The notes under the pieces were generated by a model. That model saw only the letters and a list, made by a program, of their open reading frames with translations, was not told where the DNA came from and made no database searches. A DNA stretch of 64,000 nucleotides. Origin: Octopus sinensis (lineage: Eukaryota). Location: contig NC_042997.1 in the NCBI RefSeq assembly GCF_006345805.1, forward strand, positions 74,772,001-74,836,000, written 5' to 3'. The position numbers and the translations under genes are program-made. The number at the start of each line of letters is the position of its first letter. Position 1 is the first letter of the stretch. Of the stretch, positions 38,025-51,264 are shown in pieces.

Positions 38025-38370
38025 AGTGGTGAGATATGACAGCAAAGAAAAGCATACATTCACTCTCTGCAGGCAATTAGACTCGGAAAGTTCGTGAGGA
38101 ACCCATTGACCCAATTGCTGACTTTTCCGATAGCACACAGGTGTCAATGAATGGTTGAATGACCAAAATCCACGCTCTTGCTAGTTCCTCAACAGTTACG
38201 ATGATATTTTGTTCCACCAGGGTTTTCAGGATGTCCTTGTCGAGTTCTACAGATCTTTCAGGATGAGGCTCGTCTTCTAGGCTGTAGTTTATGGCTCGGG
38301 ATTTCTGGAACCACCATTGACACTGCCTTACGCTTATTGTCCAATCCCCATATACTGCATTAATATTTCT
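38025..38370 (-). mobile_element. mariner transposase fragment
   Basis: RNINAVYG...QCQWWFQK...LEDEPH..R; LGQWVPHELSE (WVPHEL motif). Confidence 0.9.
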
Positions 38371-38575
38371 TGTACTTTGCACACATTTATATTCTGTTAT
38401 TCTTTATATGTTTTTCAGCCTTGAGGTTGTGGCCATGCTGGATCATGTGTGTGTGTGTGTGTGTGTGTGTGTCTATCTGTCTGTCTGTCTGTATGTATAT
38501 ATGTATATGTATGTGTGTGAACAATAATATTTTCAACAGATGTGTTGCAAATGTATCTGATTGTTTTCAAGCATC

Positions 38576-38617
<42 letters not shown>

Positions 38618-38771
38618 ATGTATGTATGTATGTATATGTATGTATGTATGTATGTGTGTATGTATGTATGTGTGTGTGTATGTATGTGTGTGTATGTGTG
38701 TATGTATGTATGTATGTATGTATGTATGTATGTATGTATGTATGTATGTATGTATGTATGAATGAGTGTAT

Positions 38772-39188
38772 GTTTACTTTATTACTAATTACTCTCTTCC
38801 AAGAACATTTTCACTCACTCATAGCTCTTAGCTTCCCATACATTTTACTCATGTATCTATCAGCGTCATAGACAGAATACTTTCACTTTAGTCTTCCTCA
38901 AATCACTCTGTCGCTATTTACTTTCATTTTATTCGTTGCCCACTGTGTGTGTGCGTTTGCGTGTGGTGTAAACCACATTAAGAAAAGCATTTGACACACA
39001 CACCAGAATGTGAGTTTTCTGTAAATTTTGCTTAATTGGAGTTTAAATTTTAAAAACTGGACCTGGCATGACGCGATGCATTGTACTCTTAAAAATGCCA
39101 GGTAAATTGTAATTGAAGAAATCCTATATTGTAGATTTCTATAACTCCCAAAGGGAGGCAGATAAAATCTGCCTTTTATAATAAGAGA
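38772..39188 (-). mobile_element. Helitron family A, 5' fragment
   Basis: Same 5' terminus TCTCTTATTATAAAAGGCAG. Confidence 0.8.
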
Positions 39189-39269
39189 TTTAGATATATA
39201 GTATATAAATATATATATATAATTTAGATATATAGTATATCAATATATATATAGTATATATATATGTAG

Positions 39270-39612
39270 TGAAGGTGCATGGCTCAGTGGTTAGAGCGTC
39301 GAGCTTACGATCGTGAGGTTGTGAGCTCGAATCCCGGACCGGGCTGCGTGTGTGTTTCTTGAGCAAGGCACTTATTTCACGTTGCTCCAGTTCACTCAGC
39401 TGTAGAAATGAGTTGCGACGTCACTGCTGCCAAGCTGTATCGACCTTTGTCTTTCTCTTGGATAACATCAGTGGCGTGGAGAGGGGAGGCTGGTATGCAT
39501 GGGCGACTGCTGGTCTTCCATAAACAACCTTGCCCGGACTTGTGTCTAGGAGGGTAACTTTCTAGGTGCAATCCCATGGTCATTCATGACCGAAAGGGGT
39601 CTTTACCCTTTT
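39270..39612 (+). mobile_element. tRNA-derived SINE with CORE-like central domain
   Basis: A box TGGCTCAGTGG, B box GCTCGAATCC, then TTGAGCAAGGCACTT. Confidence 0.8.
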
Positions 39613-39628
39613 ATATATATATATGTAG

Positions 39629-39659
<31 letters not shown>

Positions 39660-39829
39660 ATATATATATATATAGTATATAAATATATATTAGTTATATT
39701 ATATAATATATAATATATATATAGATATATATATATATATATGTAGTATATATATATATATATATGTAATTTAGATATTAGTATATAAATATATATAGTA
39801 TATATATCAAAATCAGAATCAAATCAAAT

Positions 39830-40327
39830 CAAAATAGATGAACATCAATGGAATTTGTATCTTTGTGGTACCAGTGCCGGTGGCATACAAGAAAACCATC
39901 CGAACGTGGCCGTAGCCAGTACCACGTCGCCTGGCCTCCGTGCTGTGGGCACGTAACAAACACCGTCCGATTGTGGCCGTTCGCCAGCCTCATCTGGCAC
40001 CTGTGTCGGTGGCACATAAAAACACCATCCGAGCGTGGCCATCTGCCAGCCTCGTCTGGCACTGTGTCGGTGGGACATAAAAAAAACAAAAAAACATCCG
40101 AGCGTGGCCGTTCGCCAGCCTCTTCTGGCACATGTGTCGGTGGCATATAAAATCACCCACTACACTCTCGGAGTGGTTGGCGTTAGGAAGGGCATCCAGC
40201 TGTAGAAACACTGCCAGATCTGACTGGCCTGGTGCAGCCTTCAGGCTCCTCAGACCCCAGTTGAACCGTCCAACCCATGCTAGCATGGAAAGCGGACGTT
40301 AAATGATGATGATGATGATGATGATGA
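39830..40327 (+). mobile_element. RTE 3'-UTR-only copy with ~5 tandem repeat units
   Basis: Repeat array followed by the conserved RTE 3' end and a (GAT)n tail. Confidence 0.85.
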
Positions 40328-40783
40328 GGAATAATATATAATATATATAGGTATTTAAATATTTAGTATATAAATATATATAGTATATATAATATATATA
40401 TATATATATTTGTAGTATATATATATATATATATATGTAGTATATTATAATATATATATATATATAATTAGATATAATTTAGATATAAATTTAGTATATA
40501 AATATATATATAGTATATAATATATATATGTATATATAATTAGATATAAATTTAGATATAAATTTAGTATATAAATATATATATAGTATATAGATATATA
40601 TATGTATATATAATTTACATATAAATTTAGTATATAATATATATATAGTATATATAATATATATAATATATATATTATTAATATATATATTATATATATA
40701 TATATATAATATATATATAATTTAGATATAAATTTAGATATAAATTAGTATATAAATATAGATATAGTATATATATATATGTA

Positions 40784-40827
<44 letters not shown>

Positions 40828-40976
40828 TAAAATATATATATAGTATATATATATATATATGTAGTATATATAATATATATATATATATTATATATATATA
40901 TATATATTATATTATATATATATATATAATTAATAATGATTATACTTACTTTAAGCAGCAGAAAATTCAACAAAAT

Positions 40977-41015
40977 CTGTTACTCTGAGTTTCTCGTTGC
41001 CGTTCATTCAGACAG
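40977..41015 (-). ncRNA. Minimal hammerhead motif (copy with an extra A in the core)
   Basis: Reverse copy of 42065-42102 reading CUGAAUGA. Confidence 0.6.
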
Positions 41016-42064
41016 TTTTTTTGCTAGAATGGAACCGATTATCACTTCAATCTAGACTCTTAGAAACGCTACACCTTTAAAAAGAAATAGACTTGTTTGA
41101 TTGGCCCTTTAGAAAAAACGGTCAATCTTCGAGCGATAAACAAAAAGGTCAAAAAATATATGTATATATATATAAAAAAACTTATAAAAATTATAAAATC
41201 CGAGGAAAAAACCTTACATTGAATAAAATACATATTGACGTTAATGAAGAAAGTGCAAATTAATGCATAGAAATACATATTTATATTTATATTAAAATCT
41301 ACACATATATATCAACATACACAAAATTATGCGCGCAAACGCCATACATATACAGACATATGAATATAAATCTAAATGTACACATAAAAGCATGTGTACA
41401 TATATTCACGCAAACCATCTCGCACGCAACTTAAAAATGATCTATGTAGCGATTCTCATATACTGAGTAAGGGGGGGAACGAAAGAAAGGGAGAGAGAGA
41501 AAAAGGAACGAAGGAGGTGTGGGGAAAAAACGAAATAAGAAAAAAATTTCCCCACACCTCCTTTGTCCTTTTCTCTCTCTCCCTTTCTTCGTTCCCCCCC
41601 TACTCAGTATATGTGTATCGCTACATAGATCATTTTTAACTGCGTGGCGAGATGGTTTGCGTGAATATAGTACACATGCCTTTATGTGTATATTTAGATT
41701 TATATTCATATGTTTGTATAGTATGGCGTTGCGCGCATAATTTTGTGTATGTTGATATATATATGTAGATTTTAATATAAATATGTATTGCAGTGTAATA
41801 TTTATAACAGGTTTAATTTCTATGCATTAATTTGCACTGTCTTCATTAACGTCAATATGTATTTTATTCAATGTAAGTTTTTCCCGGATTTTATAATTTT
41901 TACAAGTTTTTTTATATATATACATATATTTTTGACCTTTTTGTTTATAGCTCGAAGATTGACCGTTTTTTTTAAAGGGCCATCAAACAAGTCCATTTCT
42001 TTTTAAAGGTGTAGCGTTGTAAGAGTCTAGATTGAATTGATATCCGGTTCCATTCTAGCAAAAA

Positions 42065-42102
42065 CTGTCTGATGAACGGCAACGAGAAACTCAGAGTAAC
42101 AG
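42065..42102 (+). ncRNA. Minimal type-I hammerhead motif
   Basis: CUGU-CUGAUGA-ACG(GCAA)CGA-GAAA-CUCAGAG-UA-ACAG; quasi-palindromic stem III ACUCAGAGU; GUA site. Confidence 0.8.
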
Positions 42103-42245
42103 ATTTTTGTTGAATTTTCTGCTGCTTAAAATAAAGCATATTACTCTACCACTGGTATTTGAGTACTCTTTTTTCCACTTGTTTTCACATTTATGTGTTT
42201 ACTCGGTATATATAATAATATATATATATTAATATATATATATAT

Positions 42246-42549
42246 CTCTTTACTCTTTACTATTTTATTTGTTTCAGTCATTTGACTGCAGCCATGCTGG
42301 AGCACCGCCTTTAGTCAAGCAATGCTAGGGGGATAAACACAGACACACAAACAAACACACATACATATATATATATATAAATATATACGACAGGCTTCTT
42401 TCAGTTTCCGTCTACCAAATCCACTCACAAGGCTTTGGTCGGCCCGAGGCTATAGCAGAAGACACTTGCCCAAGATGCCACGCAGTAGGACTGAACCCGG
42501 AACCATGTGGTTGGTTAGCAAGCTACTTACCACACAGCCACTCCTGCGC
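42246..42549 (-). mobile_element. tRNA-derived SINE
   Basis: GCGCAGGAGTGGCTGTGTGGTAAG...GGTTCAGTCC (A/B boxes) and a simple-repeat tail. Confidence 0.85.
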
Positions 42550-42558
42550 TATATATAT

Positions 42559-42600
<42 letters not shown>

Positions 42601-42657
42601 ATAGTATTATATATAATAGATATATATATATATATATATATAAATAATATTATTATA

Positions 42658-42695
<38 letters not shown>

Positions 42696-42782
42696 TTAGA
42701 GACAAAACCACTATTTTGCAAAAACGAAAAGGAAAAGACTTAATCAATACATAAAATTTTAATAAATAGTCAAAAAAAACCG

Positions 42783-42825
42783 CCACTACAATCGTTTCTT
42801 GTCTTGATCGACAATCTTCAGGTGG
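42783..42825 (-). ncRNA. Type-I hammerhead ribozyme, canonical core
   Basis: CCAC-CUGAAGA-UUGUC(GAUCAA)GACAA-GAAA-CGAUUG-UA-GUGG; all stems pair. Confidence 0.85.
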
Positions 42826-42929
42826 ACTTCCAAATAGTCAGTTGTAATACTTACAACATTTAATAAAATGATGTAGTACGAAACAATCATACCAAATTAC
42901 CAGAGTCATCTTGTTGCTTATTTTGAATA

Positions 42930-43026
42930 TATACATATATATATATATAATTATATATAATATAGGGTGTAGGTAAATATATATATATATATTATATATA
43001 TAGATATATATATATATATATATATA

Positions 43027-43068
<42 letters not shown>

Positions 43069-43075
43069 TATAATA

Positions 43076-43156
<81 letters not shown>

Positions 43157-43166
43157 ATATATATAT

Positions 43167-43251
<85 letters not shown>

Positions 43252-43267
43252 ATATAGATATTATATA

Positions 43268-43309
<42 letters not shown>

Positions 43310-43392
43310 ATATATTATATATATCTATTATATATATATATATATATATATAATTATATATATATATATATATAATATATATATATATATTA

Positions 43393-43435
<43 letters not shown>

Positions 43436-43496
43436 TATATTATATATATATATATATTATAAAATATATATATATATATAATATATATATATATAT

Positions 43497-43531
<35 letters not shown>

Positions 43532-43545
43532 GATATATATTACTT
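42930..43545. repeat. ~600-bp (TA)n array
   Basis: Direct inspection; similar arrays at 46.5-47.2, 49.6-50.3, 51.8-52.6, 55.3-55.5 and 61.4-62.3 kb. Confidence 0.95.
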
Positions 43546-43571
43546 ATTTAAGCAGCAGAAATTCAACAAAT

Positions 43572-43609
43572 CTGTTACTCTGAGTTTCTCGTTGCCGTTC
43601 ATCAGACAG
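43572..43609 (-). ncRNA. Minimal hammerhead motif
   Basis: Same sequence as 42065-42102. Confidence 0.8.
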
Positions 43610-46350
43610 TTTTTGCTAGAATGGAACATATATATTAATTCAATCTATACTCTTACAAACGCTACACCTTTAAAAAGGAAATGGACTTGTTTGATTGGCC
43701 CTTTAGAAAAAAAACGGTCAATCTTCGAGCGATAAAACAAAAGGTCAAAAATATATGTATATATATATAAAAAAACTTATAAAAATTATAAAATTATAAA
43801 ATCCGAGGAAAAAAACCGAGGAAAAAACCTATTGCCGTTAATGAAGACAGTTACAAATTAATGCATAGAAATTAAACCTGTTATAAATACTGCAATACAT
43901 ATTTATATTAAAATCCACATATATATATCAACATACACAAAAGGATGCGCGTAAACGCCATACATACATATACAGACGTATGAATATGAATCTAAATATA
44001 CACATAAAAGCATGTGTACATATATTCACGCAAACCGTCTCGCACGCAAGCTAAAATTCATCTATGTAGCAATTCTCATATACTGAGCAAGGAGGGGAAC
44101 GAAAGAAAGGGAAAGAGAGAAAAAGGAACGAAAGAGGGGGGGGAAACTTGTAGCGATGTTATTGGCATCTATAGAGGCCAGTATACATACACAAGTTTGA
44201 ATTGATACATATACATACCGTCGTGTGTATGCGTGCTTAAGCACAAGCATACTTTCACTTACACATACACAGATACGCATGCTTACAAATACATATGCTT
44301 TGCTATACACAAACTTATATAAACATTCTAAATTTGACAACATTGCTTTTTTTTAAAAAAAAAAAAAACATTGATTTTAAAAAATGGGTGCATTAATAAA
44401 AATATATACGAAAGACATATAAAATAAAATATAACATCCTATTTTGGGTCATTTATAAATAATCAAGGTAATATCCTTAGCAACTTAGTCAGCAATGTAG
44501 GTAGAAGAATATCTTCAATTTCTTCGGACGAGGCAGCATTCCATAATGCTGCACCTTATTACGATAGCGCATTAAAGAATAGTGGATTCTCGGAGAAGAT
44601 CCAGTTCAACCAGCTTAATGCTAATAATAATGCTGCACGAAGAACTAGGACCAGGAAAGTTTTGTGGTTCAACCCGGCTTTCAATTTGGCCGTAAAGACT
44701 AATATAGGTAAGGAATTTTGAGATTAGTCTCTAAGCATTTTAAGCAGGGTCATAAATTCTACAGAATATTTAATAGAAGAACCCTGAAGGTTAGCTATTC
44801 TGTTGCAGAAATTTCGCCTCTTACATTAGCCAACATAATAGGAAGCTAATTGAGATTAGACATGGTGCCGAGCCCATTAAAAAATGTAATTGCAAAACGA
44901 AAGCTCCTGTCCGTTAGAAGGGAAATGTCTAGTGAAAGGAGTGGTTTATAGAGCCAAGGTGCAAGTGGAAGGCTCATCGGAATACAAGACATACACAGGG
45001 GCTTCAGAAAATTCATTTAAAACAAGATTTATTCTCATAAGAATTCTTTTAAATACCCAGAGAATAGGAAGAAAACCAGCCTAGCAAAATATGTCTGGGA
45101 ACTAAAAGAAAAGGAAGCCCCACCTTTCAACGTGACTGGAGCATTCTGGACAGGGCGGCACCATACAGGCATGGAGCTTACAAATATAATTTCAAGTGCA
45201 AGCTTTGCTTATTAGAAAAAATGCACATATTATTCAAAGACAATAATTCTTTGAATCAAAGAAGTGAGTTAATGAACTTATGTAGGCACGCGGCTAAATT
45301 TAAAATGTCGAATTTAATATACCATATGGATAGAGTATATATTTTGTATTTTGATTTTTGATTTTGATTTTGACTCTTAAGCGCTACGACGGATCTATAG
45401 CAAAGTCTTATTGTTTTACATATATATTAGGAAAAAACCTACAAACTCTGTTTTCATGTTATTGTATTGCATAGGATTACCTTGATTATTTATATTACCT
45501 TGATTATTTATAAATGACCCAAAATAGGATGTTATATTTTATTTTATATGTCTTTCGTATATATTTTTATTAATGCACCCATTTTTTAAAATCAATGTTT
45601 TTTTTTTTTTTTAAAAAAAGCAATGTTGTCAAATTTAGAATGTTTATATAAGTTTGTGTATAGCAAAGCATATGTATTTGTAAGCATGCGTATCTGTGTA
45701 TGTGTAAGTGAAAGTATGCTTGTGCTTAAGCACGCATACACACGACGGTATGTATATGTATCAATTCAAACTTGTGTATGTATACTGGCCTCTATAGATG
45801 CCAATAACATCGCTACAAGTTCCCCCCCCTCTTTCGTTCCTTTTCTCTTTCCCTTTCTTTCGTCCCCCTCCTGCTCAGTATATGAGAATTGCTACATAGA
45901 TGAATTTTAGCTTGCGTGCGAGACGGTTTGCGTGAATGAATATATGTACACATGCTTTTATGTGTATAATTTAGATTCATATTCATACGTCTGTATATGT
46001 ATGTATGGCGTTTACGCGCATCCTTTTGTGTATGTTGATAATATATGTGGATTTTAATATAAATATGTATTGCAGTATTTATAACAGGTTTAATTCTATG
46101 CATTAATTTGTACTGTCTTCATTAACGGCAATAGGTTTTTTCCTCGGTTTTTTCCTCGGATTTTATAATTTTATAATTTTTATAAGGTTTTTTATATATA
46201 TATACATATATTTTTGACCTTTTGTTTATCGCTCGAAGATTGACCGTTTTTTTCTAAAGGGCCAATCAAACAAGTCCATTTCTTTTTAAAGGGTGTAGCG
46301 TTTGTAAGAGTATAGATTGAATTAATATATATGTTCCATTCTAGCAAAAA

Positions 46351-46388
46351 CTGTCTGATGAACGGCAACGAGAAACTCAGAGTAACAG
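46351..46388 (+). ncRNA. Minimal hammerhead motif
   Basis: Same sequence as 42065-42102. Confidence 0.8.
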
Positions 46389-46507
46389 ATTTTGTTGAAT
46401 TTTCTGCTGCTTAAAATAAAGCAATTACTCTACCACTGGTATTGAGTACTCTTTTTTCCACCTTGTTTCACATTATGTGTTACTCCGGTATATATATATA
46501 ATATAAT

Positions 46508-46573
<66 letters not shown>

Positions 46574-46610
46574 ATAATATAATATATAATATATATATAT
46601 TATATATATT

Positions 46611-46641
<31 letters not shown>

Positions 46642-46671
46642 TAAATATATATATATTATAATATATATATA

Positions 46672-46844
46672 CACCCACTACACTCTCGGAGTGGTTGGCG
46701 TTAGGAAGGGCATCCAGCTGTAGAAAACACTGCCAGATCTGACTGGATGGTGCAGCTTTCGGGTCCCCAGACCCCAGTTGAACCGTCCAACCCATGCTAG
46801 CATGGAAAGCGGACGTTAATTGATGATGATGATGATGATGATGA
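46672..46844 (+). mobile_element. RTE 3'-end fragment
   Basis: Conserved RTE 3' terminus plus (GAT)n, inserted in (TA)n. Confidence 0.85.
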
Positions 46845-46847
46845 ATT

Positions 46848-46894
<47 letters not shown>

Positions 46895-46912
46895 ATATAT
46901 ATATAATATATA

Positions 46913-46966
<54 letters not shown>

Positions 46967-47091
46967 ATATATATTATATTATATTATATATTATATATAT
47001 ATATAATATATATATATATATAAATATATCTATATATAATATATATATATATATATAATATATATAATATATTATATATATATTAAAAATA

Positions 47092-47138
<47 letters not shown>

Positions 47139-47150
47139 TATTATTATATA

Positions 47151-47184
<34 letters not shown>

Positions 47185-47286
47185 TTAAGTTCAGCAAAAA
47201 TTTAGATTCAATGAATATGGTACTTAATTTAGATGCACCAGAATTCTGTATGGTGTTATCCATAAAAATCCATGGGGTGATTATAA

Positions 47287-47548
47287 TCAAAATAAGCAAC
47301 AAGAATGACTCCGGTAATTTGGTACGATCGTTTCGTACTACATCATTTTATTAAATGTTGTAAGTATTAGAAGAGTTTTAAAATGCTGAGCGCTCATCAG
47401 CCTATTATAGAAGTTTTCCATAATACAAAATTGGGTGATGAGTGCTCAGCATTTTAAAACTGTTGTAATACTTACAACATTTAATAAAATGATGTAGTAC
47501 GAAACAATCATACCAAATTACCAGAGTCATTCTTGTTGCTTATTTTGA
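47287..47548. repeat. Palindrome (113-bp arms, 36-nt spacer) built from two back-to-back hammerhead motifs
   Basis: Arms 47287-47399 and 47436-47548. Confidence 0.9.
47319..47402 (-). ncRNA. Hammerhead motif with extended (59-nt) stem II domain
   Basis: GG-CUGAUGA-GCGC[...]GUAC-GAAA-CGAUCG-UA-CC; a partner copy on + at 47431-47516 has UUGG/CCAA stem I and GUGC/GUAC stem II base but a mutated core. Confidence 0.6.
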
Positions 47549-47580
<32 letters not shown>

Positions 47581-47581
<1 letters not shown>

Positions 47582-47980
47582 GGTGTAGGTCTGGCTGTGT
47601 GGTAAGTAGCTTGCTTACCAAACAAAATGGTTCTAGGTTCAGTACCACTGCGTGGCACCTTGGGCAAGTGTCTTCTACTATAGCCTCGGGCCGACCAAAG
47701 TCTTGTAAGTGGATTTGGTAGATGGGGACTGAAAGAAGCCTGTTATATGTATGTATATATGAGTGTGTGTGTGTCTGTATTTGACCCCCAACATTACTTG
47801 ATAACTGATGCTGGTATGTTTACATCCCTGAAACTTAGCAGATTGGCTAATGAGACCGATTAGAATAAGTACTAGGCTTACAAATAAAATGTTTTGGTGT
47901 CGATTTGCTTGACTAAAGACAGTGCTCCAGCATGGCCACATTCAAATGACTGAAACAAATGAATAATAGAATAAAGAATA
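47581..47980 (+). mobile_element. tRNA-derived SINE
   Basis: TGGCTGTGTGGTAAGTAGCTTGC...GGTTCAGTACC; same family as 42246-42549. Confidence 0.85.
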
Positions 47981-48097
47981 GTATATACACATTATTATAT
48001 ATATAGTATACATATAGCATACATATATATATATATATATATAAATATATATATATTATATATATATATATATATAATATATATTAATATATATATA

Positions 48098-49554
48098 CTA
48101 GCAGTATCGCCCGGCGTTGCTCGGGTTTGTTTCGACCCACTGGAATTGTAATTTTGAAAAGTAAAAATTTTGTGAACATTTTTCTGGTCGAAATACACCG
48201 AAAAGTGGTGACACAGCAGTGAAAAAATCGTAAAAAATAGGGATTTTCATATAGAAAAAAGCATCTTTTTGATGTAAATAATTTTGGTGTTAACATGGTC
48301 CGATTTGAATTTTATGTTCTACGGAAGAAGCGCACCCTTCTTCTACCATACTCTCAATTTTGGTCAACTTGCGCCGCAGGGTCTCGGAGGAGATAGTGTT
48401 AGTTGAAGGTTACCATTCTAAGTGCCTGAGTAACAACCTCGCGGATTTACAGATAAATGAATTATTACTATTTTACAGAATAAAATTAAATAATTCTTGA
48501 AAATTAATTATATTATATTTTTTGAACAAAGTAAATAATTTTTAAAACTTAAATAATAATTTTTTTACACAAACGCGAACGGGGAAAAGGGGGTGGCGAA
48601 TTCATTTTACATACCTAATTTTTTCTTTTTCATGACATTGTAGCAAAATAGTAATGAATTATATAAATACCAGCAGTACATTTTTTTTTCTGGGGTATTT
48701 TTTTTCAACCTCGTCACATATTTGCCCCTTTCAATTTAAACAAAGTCTTAATTAAGCAATTACGGCAGCTTAGCAATGGTTTCAATACAGGCGTGACATC
48801 TGTATCTCAATTGTTCAAAACCCTTCGAATTTTTTTCCATGTGATGATATCATAGTGAAAACTTTCAATTACGCGCGCTTATTTCTGTCTTTCAATCTGT
48901 CTGTCCTCTTTACAACACACTAACAAAAGCACTTCACTTACACACCACACTTTCTGTGTCGCACAACCCATCAAACCACACAACACACACACACACACAC
49001 ACACTCACGCACGCACACATGTACATCAATGCTTTCCGGAGTGAAATGTTAAAATATTGAGTTTTCTCGAATTTTGTCTTAATTGTGGTAAAATTGAAAG
49101 AAATTTTTTATGGCATCACCCACTGAAGTACTCTGAAAAATCATGGGTACACTCTAATTGAAGAAATTGTGTGAGGAGTAAATCGTTATGTATTTATTTG
49201 TTTCTGTTTGCTGTGTTTTCTTATTTTTTGAGTAGTGGTTTAAATACTTTCAGTTTAGTCTTCCTCAAATCACTCTGTCGCTATTTACTTTCACTTTATT
49301 CGTTGCACACTGTGTGTGTGGTTTGCGTGTGCTGTAAACCAGACTAAGAAAAGCATTTGACATACACACCAGAATGTGAGTTTTCTGTAATTTTTGCTTA
49401 ATTGGAGTTTATAATTTTAAAAACTGGACCTGGCAAAAACCGATGCATTCTACTCTTAAAAATGCTAGGTAAATTGTAATTGAAGAAATCCTATATTGTA
49501 GATTTCTATAACTGACAAAGGGAGGCAGATAAATCTGCCTTTTATAATAAGAGA
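48098..49554 (-). mobile_element. Helitron family A, complete non-autonomous copy (1.46 kb)
   Basis: A|TC 5' end with subterminal AGGCAGAT/ATCTGCCT hairpin; 3' CCCGAGCAACGCCGGG hairpin + CTAG|T. Confidence 0.9.
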
Positions 49555-50223
49555 TACATACATATATATATATATATATAAATATATATATATATACATA
49601 CATATATATAAATATATATATATATATATACATACATAATATATATATAAATATATATATATATACATACATATATATATATAAATATATATTATACATA
49701 CTATATATATATATAATATATATATACATACATATATATATATAATAATATATATATATACATACATATATATATATATATAAATATATATATACATACA
49801 TATATATATATATATACATACATATATATAAATATATATATATACATACATATATATAAAATAATATAATACATAAAATATATATATAGAAATATTATAT
49901 ATACATACATATATATATATATAAATATAGATAAAATACTATATATATATATATATATATATAACCACATATATATATATATATATATATACATATATAT
50001 ATAGATACAATATATCATTACATATATATATATATATATAGATATTATATATATATATATAAATATATATTATATCATACGTATATATATACTACATATA
50101 TACATACATATATATATATATAAATACATACATATATACATACAATATACATACATATATATATACATATATATATACACATATATATACATACATATAT
50201 ACATACATATATACATACATATA

Positions 50224-50263
<40 letters not shown>

Positions 50264-50284
50264 GAATATAATATATTATATATA

Positions 50285-50339
<55 letters not shown>

Positions 50340-50347
50340 TATATATA

Positions 50348-51221
50348 CTAGCAGTATCGCCCGGCGTTGCTCGGGTTTGTTTCGACCCACTGGAATTGTA
50401 ATTTTGAAAAGTAAAAATTTTGTGAACATTTTTCTGGTCGAAATACACCGAAAAGTGGTGACACAGCAGTGAAAAAATCGTAAAAAATAGGGATTTTCAT
50501 AGAAAAAAGCATCTTTTTGATGTAAATAATTTTGGTGTTAACATGGTCCGATTTGAATTTTATGTTCTACGGAAGGAAGCGCACCCTTCTTCTACCATAC
50601 TCTCAATTTTGGTCAACTTGCGCCGCAGGGTCTCGGAGGAGATAGTGTTAGTTGAAGGTTACCATTCTAAGTGCCTGAGTAACAACCTCGCGGATTTACA
50701 GATAAATGAATTATTACTATTTTACAGAATAAAATTAAATAATTCTTGAAAATTATTAATATTAATATTTTTTGAACAAAGTAAATAATTTTTAAAACTT
50801 AAATAATAATTTTTTTTACACAAACGCGAACGGGGAAAAGGGGGTGGCGAATTCAATTTACATACCTAAATTTTTTCTTTTTCATGACATTGTAGCAAAA
50901 TAGTAATGAATTATATAAATACCAGCAGTACATTTTTTTTTCTGGGGTATTTTTTTTCAACCTCGTCACATATTTGCCCCTTTCAATTTAAACAAAGTCT
51001 TAATTAAGCAATTACGGCAGCTTAGCAATGGTTTCAATACAGGCGTGACATCTGTATCTCAATTGTTCAAAACCCTTCGAATTTTTTCGCATGTGATGAT
51101 ATCATAGTGAAAACTTTCAATTACGCGCGCTTATTTCTGTCTTTCACTCTGTCTGTCTCTTTACACACACTAACAAAAGCACTTCACTTACACACCACAC
51201 TTTCTGTGTCGCACAACCCAT

Positions 51222-51264
<43 letters not shown>

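Larger units (their letters stand above)
40950..42200. mobile_element. ORF-less palindromic PLE derivative (two ~580-bp inverted pseudo-LTR arms plus a 70-bp tail)
   Basis: Arms 40950-41526 and 41548-42130; same sequence as the pLTRs at 43.5-46.5 kb; an HHR in each arm. Confidence 0.9.
43543..46490 (+). mobile_element. 5'-truncated PLE: RT thumb + GIY-YIG endonuclease flanked by ~930-bp inverted pseudo-LTRs
   Basis: Arms 43543-44472 and 45495-46420; core encodes KVLWFNPAF...CNC..ESSCPLEGKCLVKGVVYRA..YTGASENSFKTRF...CKLCLLEK...LNQRSEL with several frameshifts. Confidence 0.92.

Noticed and set aside
39270-39350. tRNA-like A/B boxes (also 42470-42549, 47581-47660, 1390-1480)
   Set aside because: They continue into SINE bodies and do not form a full cloverleaf, so they are SINE heads, not tRNA genes.
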